From the NCBI GenBank assembly GCA_965207065.1, contig OZ242260.1, forward strand, positions 704,001 through 768,000: a DNA stretch of 64,000 nucleotides. The letters are read 5' to 3'. This document shows, piece after piece, positions 27,164 through 37,187 of this stretch. How positions within the stretch are numbered: the first letter of the stretch is position 1; each line of letters opens with the position of its first letter. The notes beneath the pieces were generated by a model. It searched no databases. It was not told the DNA's origin and worked only from the letters and a program-made list of their open reading frames with translations. This DNA is from a bacterium. GTDB taxonomy: Bacteria; UBA8248. A program made the translations under genes and the position numbers.

Positions 27164-28636
27164 TCAGAGCGGCGGGAGCGCTTCGTGGTGCGTCGTCGCG
27201 CTTTCGAATGCCGCCGCTGCCTGAAGAATCGTTTTTTCGGCAAATGGTTTTCCTACCAATTGAAGCCCGATCGGCAGCCCTCTGGAAGTAAATCCGCAAG
27301 GTTGGCTGATGCCGGGAAGGCCGGCCAGATTACAGGGTATGGTCAGAATATCAGAGAGATACATGCTGATGGGATCATCAAGGCGCTCACCAATCTCGAA
27401 AGCGGGGGTAGGAGCCGTGGCCGACAGCACAACGTCGACCTCCTCGAACGCGGCCTTGAAATCCTGGCAAATCAGCGTGCGGACTTTTTGCGCCTTCGTA
27501 TAATAGGCGTCGTAATATCCGGAAGACAGCGCATAGGTACCCAGCATGATTCGGCGTTTTACCTCGTCCCCAAAGCCGTTTTCCCGGCTGGTTGCGTACA
27601 TGCCGAACAGGGAACCAAATGTGGAATCTCCTTGTTTGCGCAGGCCGAAGCGGACGCCATCGTAACGCGCCAGGTTGCTGCTCGCCTCCGCGGGGGCGAG
27701 AATGTAATAGACGGGCAAGGCATATTCGGTATTGGGCAGAGAAATTTCGAGAATTTCCGCTCCCTGTTCCTCGAAGACGGCGATCGCCTTTTGAGTCGCA
27801 GCCTCGACCTCGGGATCCATCCCCTCGATAAAGTATTCTTCGGGAATACCGATCTTCAGTCCCCGGACTCCGGCTCCGAGATTTTTCGTGTAATCAGGGA
27901 CGGGCTCATCGGCCGAAGTGGAATCACGGGAGTCGTGTCCACTGACGGCGCCCAGCAAGATGGCTGCGTCCCGGACGTTTTTCGCAAAAGGGCCGATTTG
28001 GTCGAGAGAGCTGGCGAAGGCGATGAGTCCGTAGCGTGAAATGCGTCCGTAAGTGGGCTTCATGCCCACGACGCCGCAGCATGCCGCCGGCTGACGTATG
28101 GAGCCCCCGGTATCCGAACCCAGGGAGACGACGCAGGACCGCGACGCGACGGCGGCAGCGGACCCGCCGCTGCTGCCTCCCGGGATGGTTTTCAGGTTCC
28201 ATGGATTGTGGGTCGGCCCGAACGCGCTTTGCTCGCACGATGAACCCATGGCGAATTCGTCCATGTTCAGTTTGCCGAGTATGACCGCGCCTGCGTCCTT
28301 GAGCCGGGCCACGACGGTGGCGTCATACGGGGCTTCGAAATTCTCCAGAAACCGGGAAGCGCACGTGGTCTTCGTGCCTTTCATGCAAAGGAGGTCTTTT
28401 ACGGCCACGGGGACTCCGAGAAGGGGAGAACCGTGATCTCCGGCGCCGATTTTCGCATCGGCGGCGCGGGCGGCGCTGAGGGCTTCATCTTCGAGAACGC
28501 TCAAATAGGCGTGCACCTTCGCTTCAGTATCGTCGATGCGTTCAAGATAGGCCCTGGTCAGCTCCTCCGCGCTGAATTCCCTTGCTCTCAGGCTCTCCAG
28601 GATTTCCGTGATGCCGAGTTGAAGCAGATCGTTCAT
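27164..28636 (-). CDS. gatA: aspartyl/glutamyl-tRNA amidotransferase subunit A
   Basis: [41 protein letters not shown] and [11 protein letters not shown] motifs; GAGGAG RBS. Confidence 0.98.
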   Translation of the reverse strand: MNDLLQLGITEILESLRAREFSAEELTRAYLERIDDTEAKVHAYLSVLEDEALSAARAADAKIGAGDHGSPLLGVPVAVKDLLCMKGTKTTCASRFLENFEAPYDATVVARLKDAGAVILGKLNMDEFAMGSSCEQSAFGPTHNPWNLKTIPGGSSGGSAAAVASRSCVVSLGSDTGGSIRQPAACCGVVGMKPTYGRISRYGLIAFASSLDQIGPFAKNVRDAAILLGAVSGHDSRDSTSADEPVPDYTKNLGAGVRGLKIGIPEEYFIEGMDPEVEAATQKAIAVFEEQGAEILEISLPNTEYALPVYYILAPAEASSNLARYDGVRFGLRKQGDSTFGSLFGMYATSRENGFGDEVKRRIMLGTYALSSGYYDAYYTKAQKVRTLICQDFKAAFEEVDVVLSATAPTPAFEIGERLDDPISMYLSDILTIPCNLAGLPGISQPCGFTSRGLPIGLQLVGKPFAEKTILQAAAAFESATTHHEALPPL

Positions 28637-28805
28637 TCGCACTCCTCGTCCGTGTGTCCGTTAAAGCGTCTTGAATCGAGAGAAAACACCACAGGCGGCC
28701 CGCTCGTCAAACCCGCGCCGCCGGAATTTTCCGCGGGCACAGGATAAGGGCCGGTTCCGCTCAGGAGTAACCGGCCATCGACCCGGCTCTTGCGGGCGCG
28801 GGCGT

Positions 28806-29567
28806 TCAGTTTCCCTCATGGCTGCTCAGCAAAAAAGTGGCGTAGCCGAGAAGCTGCTTTCCGCCGCCGTCGTGGTAGACCTCAAGGTCTTGCTGCCAGC
28901 TGTCCAACACGTCCTGGGCTTCGCGTGAATCCGCATACTCAAGCCGGTTCTCGATAATGGAGCGCGCCTGGGGAGCCAGAAAGGATTCCCAGGCGGCTTC
29001 CGATTCGTGCTCCACGAATGCAACGTCATATCCCTGTTCTGTAAAGTGGCCCCGGAATTCCTCCACGTCAATCGGTTCGCAGGGAAGGTAGGCGTCGAGC
29101 CATCTCGCCAGTCGTTCGGAGTCGACGTCTTCATCTTCGGGTTTCCAGACCAGACCGGAATAGGCAATCCATCCCCCGGGCTTCACTACCCGGGTCAGAC
29201 TCCTCAGCTTGCTCGTGCCGCTCGAGGGGTAAGCGGGACCGCACAAAAGCGCCAGATCGAAGTAATTGTCGTCGAAGGGAAAATCATCGCTCGAATGCGC
29301 CAGCAAATCGATGAGATGGGACAGATCTTCGAATAAAATTCGCCGTCTTCCGTCTTCCACGAACTCGGGGCGATCATCAAGGCCGATCCCCGAACACCCG
29401 AACATCCGTGCGAGCGAAATGACGCTTCCTCCCTTGCCGCACGATGCGTCGAACACCAGAAGATCCGCCGACAAGCCGATGTGCTCGCCAATCTTTTTGA
29501 GCGTGTCTTCCGATATGGGAGCGAGGAAGTGATTGTGTTTGAAACGCTCGAATATGTCGGGTTGCAT
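28806..29567 (-). CDS. class I SAM-dependent methyltransferase-like protein
   Basis: VFDASCGKGG (motif I variant), FPFDDNYFD and RVVKPGG. Confidence 0.8.
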   Translation of the reverse strand: MQPDIFERFKHNHFLAPISEDTLKKIGEHIGLSADLLVFDASCGKGGSVISLARMFGCSGIGLDDRPEFVEDGRRRILFEDLSHLIDLLAHSSDDFPFDDNYFDLALLCGPAYPSSGTSKLRSLTRVVKPGGWIAYSGLVWKPEDEDVDSERLARWLDAYLPCEPIDVEEFRGHFTEQGYDVAFVEHESEAAWESFLAPQARSIIENRLEYADSREAQDVLDSWQQDLEVYHDGGGKQLLGYATFLLSSHEGN

Positions 29568-29588
29568 GAAACGGGCTGTGAACCGGTA

Positions 29589-29696
29589 TTAAAAAATCGA
29601 GAGGCCGATTAAGTCGAGCATCAAGATAATCGTGCTCAAGCCCAGGATTCCACCGATGATGAGGGCCAACAATCCGAAAAGTTTTCCGTACACCAT
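29589..29696 (-). CDS. 35-aa hydrophobic small protein (MVYGKLFGLLALIIGGILGLSTIILMLDLIGLSIF)
   Basis: AGGAG RBS, ATG at 29696 and TAA at 29591-29589. Fills the gap between two co-oriented genes. Confidence 0.7.
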   Translation of the reverse strand: MVYGKLFGLLALIIGGILGLSTIILMLDLIGLSIF

Positions 29697-29720
29697 GACT
29701 GCTTTCTCCTAGAACAACGG

Positions 29721-30644
29721 CTATTTCTTTTTGCTTTTTCCCTTTGTTGGTGTTTTGGCAGGCTGCGACTTGCTGATCTGCATGAATACCTTGCCGTCTT
29801 TCAATACAGTAACACTTCCTGTCGATTCACTGATAGCGAACGATATGGCTGTGCTTACTTCCGTTATACCCGCTCCGGCCATGTGACGCGAACCCAGCCC
29901 CGGGGGCAAATCATTCTCAGGCGCCGCGTTCAGGTGCCTGCCGGCGGCTTCGATGATTCCGTCTCCCCGAATGACGAACGCGCCGTCGATAGCGCTGAAT
30001 TCCTTGACGGTCTCGCGCAGGGCCGGGTCCATGATGTTTCTTTGCTCTTCCGGGTATCCATGGAAGGGATTGATGACGAGTTGGCGTGAATACTGCAGCA
30101 CGAGATCATGATCCCCCAGAACAAAAAGCGCGCCGCGAGGTTTTCCTTCCCGCCCTTCGGCGCCGAGTTCGAGAGCGAGCGACAAGACCGTTTCGAACAC
30201 CTTCGGGTCTACGCCCTCAACGGCGCTTTGCGTTTCCGATGTTTGGAGCATTTCTTTCTCGCGATCCAAATGAAAGACCATGAGCGTGTCAATTTCTTCG
30301 TTCTCAGGCAAGCCTGAAAGGCAAACCACGGTGTCGTTTTGCGTGATGGAGCCTTCACTCAAAGCGATCACGACACCCATCTTGATGATGTCGATTCGAT
30401 TCAGGGACAAGGCGGGCAATTGCATTACCTTGCAACCCCGTTTTTCCAGTTCTTCGTAAAGGTCGGGGGTGGAAGTGGTGGTGAAATGCTCTACGCCGTC
30501 GGGCAGATCCATCAAGGCGTCCAGATCCTTCATCGCGTCCGCATGAATAAAAATGGCCTTGGCTTCGAGTTCATTGCAGATTTGTGAAGCCGCGGCGATG
30601 ATGCTTTCGCTGAGGCCGGCTTGTTTTTCGGCCGTTTCTCTCAC
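29721..30644 (-). CDS. diadenylate cyclase (DisA_N domain, DacZ-like architecture)
   Basis: EGREGKPRGALFVLGD, IDGAFVI (DGA), GLGSRHMAG and AISESTG motifs; soluble N-terminal domain and no TM segment. Confidence 0.85.
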   Translation of the reverse strand: MRETAEKQAGLSESIIAAASQICNELEAKAIFIHADAMKDLDALMDLPDGVEHFTTTSTPDLYEELEKRGCKVMQLPALSLNRIDIIKMGVVIALSEGSITQNDTVVCLSGLPENEEIDTLMVFHLDREKEMLQTSETQSAVEGVDPKVFETVLSLALELGAEGREGKPRGALFVLGDHDLVLQYSRQLVINPFHGYPEEQRNIMDPALRETVKEFSAIDGAFVIRGDGIIEAAGRHLNAAPENDLPPGLGSRHMAGAGITEVSTAISFAISESTGSVTVLKDGKVFMQISKSQPAKTPTKGKSKKK

Positions 30645-30646
30645 CT

Positions 30647-32119
30647 TTATCCCTTTCCTTCCAGTGCTACGTAGAATGTCGTGCCTTTCCGTTCGATCAC
30701 CAGCAGATTTCCTTTTTTTTCTCCTTTTTTCAGCGCTTCTTGCAACTGTTTCGTATCGGCAATCGCTTTCCGATTGGCTTCTACAATGACGTCACCCCGG
30801 CGTAACCCGGCCATGGCTGCGGGACTATCGGGCAACACGTTGGAGATGACGACGCCCTTCTTTGCTTTCGCCCCGATTTGCTTTCTGAGTTCAGGTGTCA
30901 GGTTTTGCCCCTCGATACCCAGTTTTTTCTGGAGCGCCGGTTTTGATGCTTTCGCTATTTCCTCCGAAGCTCCGGGCAACTTGCCGACTTGAATGGTGAA
31001 GTCGCGCTTCTTGCCGTCCCGAATGATGCCGACTTCGGCGTTGGAGCCCGGCTTCAAGTCGGCCGCGGCAAGAGAGAGTTGACGGGGGTTTTTGATTTTT
31101 TTCTCATTGATGCTTACGATCACGTCGCCTCTTTTGATGCCGGCTTTTTTCGCAGGCGCATTTTCAATCACGTTAGAGACCAGAGCGCCTTGGGTTTCTT
31201 TCAGGCCCAATTCTTTCGCCAGACTTTCATTGACGGGTTGAATGGATACGCCCAGAAATCCACGGGTAACGACTCCCTTGCGAAGCTGAGGGAGCAGTTT
31301 CTTCGCTATATTAATCGGTATCGCGAAACCAATACCGATATTTCCGCCGCCTCTGCTGAAGATGGCGGTGTTGATGCCCACGACGTTTCCATTCAAATCG
31401 AAGAGGGGTCCACCACTGTTTCCCGGATTGATGGAGGCGTCGGTTTGAATAAAGTTATCGAACCGGCTCGAACCGATAACGCGCCCTTTGGCGCTGACGA
31501 TTCCGGCCGTCACCGTATGGGATAAGCCGAATGGGTTTCCTATGGCCATTACCCAGTCGCCTACGCGAAGTTTTTCGCTGTCTCCGAGCTTCACCGCGGT
31601 GAAAGTATCACCAGGTTTCGTTTCTACCTGGAGAAGCGCGATATCGGTTTGGGGGTCACGGCCCACGACCTTCGCTTTTCTCTTTCTTTTATCTTTGAAG
31701 CGGACGGTTATTTTAGATGCATTTTCGACAACATGATTATTCGTAACGACCAGACCGTTATCGGTCACGATGAAGCCCGAACCCAGGTTCTGCTGTCTGG
31801 GTTGTGGGCGTAACCCACCACGTGGTCCGCGGCGGAAAGGTCTTTCATGAAAACGTCTGAAAAATTCGTTCCACAAATCGCCAGGAAATCCTGGAAAATC
31901 GCCTCTTGAACTCGTTTCAACCTTTGTTTCCGTGCTGATATTCACCACGGCGGGGCTTAATTTTTCCGCCAACCCGGCCAGGGACGGCAGCTTTCCCGCG
32001 CCGACTGCGGATTGGGCATTGACCGGTGCGAAAAACAAGGTCAAGCCTAACAATATCGTGATGAAGGGGGAGGTTGAGCCCATCGATTTGAATTTGGAAA
32101 GATAAAGAGAGTTCCGCAT
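30647..32119 (-). CDS. degP: HtrA/DegP (Do) family serine protease with two PDZ domains
   Basis: PAVVNI, GSGFI, TNNHVV, DIALL and QTDASINPGNSGGP motifs; two GDVI PDZ repeats. Confidence 0.9.
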   Translation of the reverse strand: MRNSLYLSKFKSMGSTSPFITILLGLTLFFAPVNAQSAVGAGKLPSLAGLAEKLSPAVVNISTETKVETSSRGDFPGFPGDLWNEFFRRFHERPFRRGPRGGLRPQPRQQNLGSGFIVTDNGLVVTNNHVVENASKITVRFKDKRKRKAKVVGRDPQTDIALLQVETKPGDTFTAVKLGDSEKLRVGDWVMAIGNPFGLSHTVTAGIVSAKGRVIGSSRFDNFIQTDASINPGNSGGPLFDLNGNVVGINTAIFSRGGGNIGIGFAIPINIAKKLLPQLRKGVVTRGFLGVSIQPVNESLAKELGLKETQGALVSNVIENAPAKKAGIKRGDVIVSINEKKIKNPRQLSLAAADLKPGSNAEVGIIRDGKKRDFTIQVGKLPGASEEIAKASKPALQKKLGIEGQNLTPELRKQIGAKAKKGVVISNVLPDSPAAMAGLRRGDVIVEANRKAIADTKQLQEALKKGEKKGNLLVIERKGTTFYVALEGKG

Positions 32120-32385
32120 TTTTTCCCTTCTCCATGCATCAACTGTACCGGCGGCAACAAACACCACATCACTGGTTTTAGATATACCAAAGTTCCATCC
32201 ATGTGAAAATGGGCAAATAGCTGAAAAAAGATTGATTGTCGCTTTCATGCGGGTTCATGTGGTTGTAAGGGCACGATTCTCGGCCATCCGCATCGACGCG
32301 AGGCGAACGGAGGGATATTCTCTCCACCATCCGGAAAGAACCGGCCGCGATGTCATCCGGGAGAGTTTCTTGAAAAGATGAGCGC

Positions 32386-33261
32386 ATGAGTCTCGAATCC
32401 CAAACCATTCTACTGGCCATTTCGGCGGCCTTCGTGAGCGCGGCGACGAATATCACCTTCGCGCCCGCCTTGCGGCAGATGGGTTCGTTCGCCCTGGCGC
32501 AGTTCAACAACCTGGGCAACACCTTGATGCTGGGGGTCATCGGATTCTGGCTGTACGAGCCGGGGAGTTTTCGCTGGGAGGCGTTCGCCTGGTTCGGCGT
32601 TCTGGGCGTGATGAACTACAGCATCAACCGCTGGGTGTTCTACACCGGCATGAACATCGTCGGCCCCGCGCGCCACATCACCATCACGAGCATGGTTCCG
32701 CTTCCCAGCCTGTTTCTGGCGGTCATTTTCCTGGGAGAAGAACCCGGCCTCTGGGTATTGTTCGGAACGCTTCTCGTCGTCTTAGGGATTGCCGCCGTGA
32801 GCTATGAGCCTTCGGGCGGAAGGTGGTTCCGCGTAGGCATCGGCTGGTCGCTCATGAGCATGCTCATGCTGGTGGGCAGCGCGTTCATGCGAAAACAGGG
32901 AATGTCGTACATGGCGGCGCCCGCCCTGCTCACCGCATGGTCGGCCATGGTCGCCATCCCCACCTCAGAGGGTTTGCGGCATTTCCTGCCGAAACGTTAT
33001 TTCCAATGGGGCTCGAAGCGCTATCTTCCCCTGCTGGTGTTTGGAACGATCATCAACGGGCTGATGCAAATCCTCATCAACCTCTCCTTGAAGGGAAAAC
33101 TCTCACTGGCGGTTCCCATCCTGAGCAGCACGCCGATTTTCGCCTTGTGCCTTTCCGCTTTGTTTCTGCGCGACATCGAACGCCTGAACGCGCGCGTGGT
33201 GGTGGGCATATGCATCGCCGTGCTGGGCATCGTGGCCGTAAGCATCGGCCGGCACGGCTAA
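32386..33261 (+). CDS. DMT/EamA family transporter
   Basis: About 10 TM segments; LAVIFLGE and SSTPIF motifs. Confidence 0.85.
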   Translation: MSLESQTILLAISAAFVSAATNITFAPALRQMGSFALAQFNNLGNTLMLGVIGFWLYEPGSFRWEAFAWFGVLGVMNYSINRWVFYTGMNIVGPARHITITSMVPLPSLFLAVIFLGEEPGLWVLFGTLLVVLGIAAVSYEPSGGRWFRVGIGWSLMSMLMLVGSAFMRKQGMSYMAAPALLTAWSAMVAIPTSEGLRHFLPKRYFQWGSKRYLPLLVFGTIINGLMQILINLSLKGKLSLAVPILSSTPIFALCLSALFLRDIERLNARVVVGICIAVLGIVAVSIGRHG

Positions 33262-33268
33262 CCCCGCC

Positions 33269-34138
33269 ATGGACAACACGATGGGAATCATCTGGGCGCT
33301 GGCCGCGGCTGTCATGGCGGCGTTCACGGGCGTACTCGCCGCGCGGCCCTTGCGCCACATGGGCCTGATGTCCGCCACCCTGCTCACGAACATCTTCAAC
33401 ATGCTCGTTCTGGCCCTTTTCGGCTGGTGGGAATACGACCCCGAGGACGTCTCGCTCGAAGGAATGCTCTGGTTCGCCCTTTTGGGCGTCACCGCCTACA
33501 GCTACGGGCGTCTGGTGTACTACAAGGCCATCGACTCCATCGGCCCGCCCCGGCTGATGACGCTCATGAGCACATCCCCTTTGCTCAGCCTGTCCCTGGC
33601 CGTCCTTTACCTGGGCGAGGAGCCCGGCCCGGCCGTTCTGGGGGGCACAGGCCTCGTGGTGGCGGGCGTCATTCTGGTGAGCTATGAACCCGCCAAGGGA
33701 CGCTGGTTTCAGCCGGGAATTCTCTGGGGTTTCGCCAGCGCCGTCTCTTTGGGCGTGAGCGTGTTCATCCGCAAGAAAGGCCTGGACGCCATGCCGAGCA
33801 TCGCTCTCACGGTCGCGTGGTCGAACATGGTGAGCATCCCCATCATCTATAGCCTGAGATACCTCTCCCCGCCTGCGCTGTTCGACTGGGGGCCGCGCTG
33901 GGCGGTCGTGACCATCATCGTGGTCGGCGTGCTGAACTCGGGCAACCAGCTCCTCTACAACCTCGCCATCATCAATTCAGACGTCAGCGTCGTCGGCCCC
34001 ATCATCGCCTCGATGCCGATCTTTTCGGTCATTTTCACCGTCCTCATGCTGCGCGACATGACCCGCGTGCGCCCCCGTCTCGTCTGGGGCGTATGCGTCA
34101 CGGTGACCGGAATGGCCGCCGTCGCGCTCGGCCGCTGA
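33269..34138 (+). CDS. DMT/EamA family transporter (paralog of the preceding gene)
   Basis: About 10 TM segments; shares LGEEPG and VSYEP..GRWF..GI.W with the upstream gene. Confidence 0.85.
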   Translation: MDNTMGIIWALAAAVMAAFTGVLAARPLRHMGLMSATLLTNIFNMLVLALFGWWEYDPEDVSLEGMLWFALLGVTAYSYGRLVYYKAIDSIGPPRLMTLMSTSPLLSLSLAVLYLGEEPGPAVLGGTGLVVAGVILVSYEPAKGRWFQPGILWGFASAVSLGVSVFIRKKGLDAMPSIALTVAWSNMVSIPIIYSLRYLSPPALFDWGPRWAVVTIIVVGVLNSGNQLLYNLAIINSDVSVVGPIIASMPIFSVIFTVLMLRDMTRVRPRLVWGVCVTVTGMAAVALGR

Positions 34139-34263
34139 GGCGCGGTAGCCCCGAAACCGACCCCGAAACGCGCCGCATGTATGCGACCCCTATACCCTTT
34201 CGCGTCCTTCGCGGAGTGGTCTCGAAAGAAGAGAGGGGCGACCAAGAACGATGAACGGTTTTT

Positions 34264-34435
34264 GCAGGGACAGCCCCTCCCCGGGGGTTGTCCCACAGGC
34301 CGCGACCACGGACAGGCACGGAGGTCTGTCCCTGTGGAACCCCTCCCCGGTCGGCAAAGCAGTTCCTTCCTTCCCGGTCGGAACTGATCTTCATCGGTCG
34401 CGTCAATTCCTCTCGTATTCGGGCTGTTGAAAAAC
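34264..34435. repeat. degenerate REP pair and MITE-end copy related to the 6.2-6.9 kb repeats
   Basis: GGACAGGCACGGAGGTCTGTCCCT (34310-34333) matches 6830-6853 at 22 of 24 positions. GGGCTGTTGAAAAAC at 34421 resembles the TIR. Confidence 0.65.
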
Positions 34436-34850
34436 CACCCCGGCGCCTTTCCGCCTTGTTCGGTCCATTCCTCCTGCCTGGTTCGGAACGGACCCTCCCC
34501 CACCGGGACGAAGGCGCATCTGACCGCATTTGCCTTCGGGGGTTTTCGCGCCGGTGGTGTATGCTGGAAAGGCCGCCCGTTTGCCTTTGGTTTTTCAGGA
34601 GGTGCTGCCCGCAGGAATCGGGCCGTCGCCCGGACGAGGCGCGGGAGGCGCAATATGCAAACAATAATCCCTGAAAAATTCGATAAATATCGATAAATTC
34701 ACGGGGTATTTCGATAAATTTCCGGCAAATAATTTGCTCTGGAATGGGCGCAGAAGTAACGACGCAGGGGCATTCTGACATGAACCGCGACTCCCACGAT
34801 GACGGCAAATGCGGGGAGTTGCGTGCGCCCCCATCCGGCGCGGGAAGGGT

Positions 34851-36068
34851 CTACATGGCGCCCGCGAAGGCCTCTCCCGCGAGGAGCCCGCCGAGCTTCA
34901 AGCGCGTCGTGTCGTTCAGCCCGTCGATGTGGTAGCACATCATCGCGTCGCGCAGGTGGCGCTCGGCCGGGTGGGTGTCCATATAGCCGTTGCCGCCGAA
35001 GATGTTCATCCCCTTGATGCAGACCTGGGGCGCCATCTCTGATGCGAACAGGGCGGCGCGCATGCCCTCCTTGTGGTCGTATTCGTCGTCCCCCGCCGTA
35101 TCCGCGTGCCAGGCCGCGCGCCAGACGGTGTCCCGCGCGACGGTGATGTTCACGTACATGTCGGCGAGAATCTCGCGAATCCGCGCGTGCTCGATGATGG
35201 GCTTTCCGCCCTGCACGCGCTCCCTCGCGTAGGCGTGGGCGTCCTCGAAGGCGGCGCGGGCGATGCCGACGCCGAAGGTGGCCGTGGTCGGCGAGTGGCG
35301 CGAGAAGACGCGGGCCATATAGGGCAGGCCGCCGTCCACCTCGCTAAGGCGCCATTTTTCAGGTACTTCAGCGTTCTCGAAGATGAGCTCGCCGTTCATC
35401 AGAAGCCGCGCGCCGAGCTTGCCGTGGATGATTCCGTGCCGGAAGCCGGGTATCTCATCCGTCATGATGAACATGGTGGTTCCCTCGTTGACGGGGACGT
35501 TCGGGTTGGTCCTCGCCACGATGAAATTGATGTTGCTCATCGACGCGCAGGCGATGAAGTGCTTCTTGCCGTTCAGTATCCAGGTGTCGCCCTGCCTGAC
35601 GGCGGAGAGCCGCGCGCCGCCGTCGATGTTCGTGGCGGGCATGATGTTGTCCGTGCCCGCCTGGGGCTCCGTCATGCCGATGGCCATGGTGGAGGTGTCC
35701 ACGTCCATATAGCGGGGCAGGAACTCCGCGCGCTGCTCCTCGGTGGTGAAGTGGCAGAGCATCTTGGCGAGCTTCCAGTTCTGGTGGATGACGGAGGCGA
35801 AGCCCGCCTCGCCCTGGAAAAGCTCCTCCAGCAGGACCACGTGGGCGAATATGCCGAAACCCTCGCCGCCCAACTCCTTTGGCGTCGTGAGTGTCCGGAT
35901 GCCCGCTGCCGAGGCCTTTCTGAGCGCATCCAGGGGAAAGGAACTCGTCGGATCGATTCCGTTCTGGCGGTCCCACTCGGCCGCATAGGGCCGCAACTCG
36001 TTCTTCGAGAATTCAGCAATCTTGCTCTGCCAGGCTTTCAGTTCGTCGTCCAGAATATAATCAACCAT
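34851..36068 (-). CDS. acyl-CoA dehydrogenase family protein
   Basis: MTEPQAGTD, WILNGKKHFI, RERVQGGKPI, FGGNGY and ERHLRDA motifs. Confidence 0.9.
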   Translation of the reverse strand: MVDYILDDELKAWQSKIAEFSKNELRPYAAEWDRQNGIDPTSSFPLDALRKASAAGIRTLTTPKELGGEGFGIFAHVVLLEELFQGEAGFASVIHQNWKLAKMLCHFTTEEQRAEFLPRYMDVDTSTMAIGMTEPQAGTDNIMPATNIDGGARLSAVRQGDTWILNGKKHFIACASMSNINFIVARTNPNVPVNEGTTMFIMTDEIPGFRHGIIHGKLGARLLMNGELIFENAEVPEKWRLSEVDGGLPYMARVFSRHSPTTATFGVGIARAAFEDAHAYARERVQGGKPIIEHARIREILADMYVNITVARDTVWRAAWHADTAGDDEYDHKEGMRAALFASEMAPQVCIKGMNIFGGNGYMDTHPAERHLRDAMMCYHIDGLNDTTRLKLGGLLAGEAFAGAM

Positions 36069-36090
36069 GTCGGCTCCCTCGCAAGAAGGT

Positions 36091-37065
36091 TCACGAACCT
36101 GAATTTCGCTCCTGTGTCTTCTCCAACCCCTTGTTTTTCCGGTATATACGAATCAACTCCGAATCCCGCGCCCGCGCCGCCTCCCGGGCCGATTCCTCCG
36201 TCCATTTATAAAACCCCTCGCCGCTCTTGATGCCGAGCAGGTTCTTCTCGACCATCTCGTCCACAAAGGGGCTGGGTTCCGACCGGTGGTCCAGGGAGGG
36301 CTGAATATGCCGGTGCACGTCGCGCAAAACGTCCATTCCCGAGAAATCATTGAGCTTGCACAACCCCAAGGCCGGAAAGAGAGGGGCTATCGAGCGCCAT
36401 ACGGCATCGACGTCTTCGGGGCGCGCATAGCCCTTCTCCACGATATGAAAGGCCTCGCGCCTGAGCGCCGTCGTGAGCCTCACCCCGATGTGCCCGGGCA
36501 CTTCCCGGCACACGATGGGCTCTTTTCCCGCTATTTCGAGTAACTCGCACGTGATCCGCGTCGTGTCCGGACTCGTCCGGCGGCCGGCCACCACTTCCAC
36601 GACAGGTATGAGATGAGGCGGGGTGTAATTGTGCGTGACGATGCAGCGCTCGGGGTGAGTCGTTCGCGCAGAAATATCTGTCATCCCCAGGCCCGAGGTC
36701 TCGCTCGCCAATATCACGTCGGGCGGAGCAATTGCGTCCATCTTCTCGAAAACTTCCTGTTTGAGCGATATAATTTCACTCACCGCCTCGACGACGAAAT
36801 CACCGCCCTGGACGGCTTCGTGAAAGTCCTGCGTTTGGGTGATGCGCTCTGAAATATCGCGCGCGTCTGAATCACCCAACGCTTCCGCATCGACAAGAAT
36901 ATCAAGGCTTTTTGCGATTTCAGCGCGCGCGCGGCCCGCGCTCTCCGGGCTTCGGTTGAACGTGATAACGCTATAATTCGCCAAAGCGAACTGCAACGCC
37001 ACGCCCCGGCCCACGTATCCACCCCCGATGACAGCGACGTTTCGGATATCGCTTGTCTCGCGCAT
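36091..37065 (-). CDS. 3-hydroxyacyl-CoA dehydrogenase family protein
   Basis: VIGGGYVG, VVEAVSE...K, ILASETS, HPER...H...PPHLIPVVEV and GIKSGEGFY motifs. Confidence 0.88.
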   Translation of the reverse strand: MRETSDIRNVAVIGGGYVGRGVALQFALANYSVITFNRSPESAGRARAEIAKSLDILVDAEALGDSDARDISERITQTQDFHEAVQGGDFVVEAVSEIISLKQEVFEKMDAIAPPDVILASETSGLGMTDISARTTHPERCIVTHNYTPPHLIPVVEVVAGRRTSPDTTRITCELLEIAGKEPIVCREVPGHIGVRLTTALRREAFHIVEKGYARPEDVDAVWRSIAPLFPALGLCKLNDFSGMDVLRDVHRHIQPSLDHRSEPSPFVDEMVEKNLLGIKSGEGFYKWTEESAREAARARDSELIRIYRKNKGLEKTQERNSGS

Positions 37066-37187
37066 AATGGCTCCCGGTATGGAATGGACTCGAGGTATGG
37101 GTGAAAATGTATCACAGGCGCGTTTCCGAGGCCATGAGGGCTACTCGAAGTCTGCCGTGCGAATAACGGATAGCCAAGGGAGTATTG

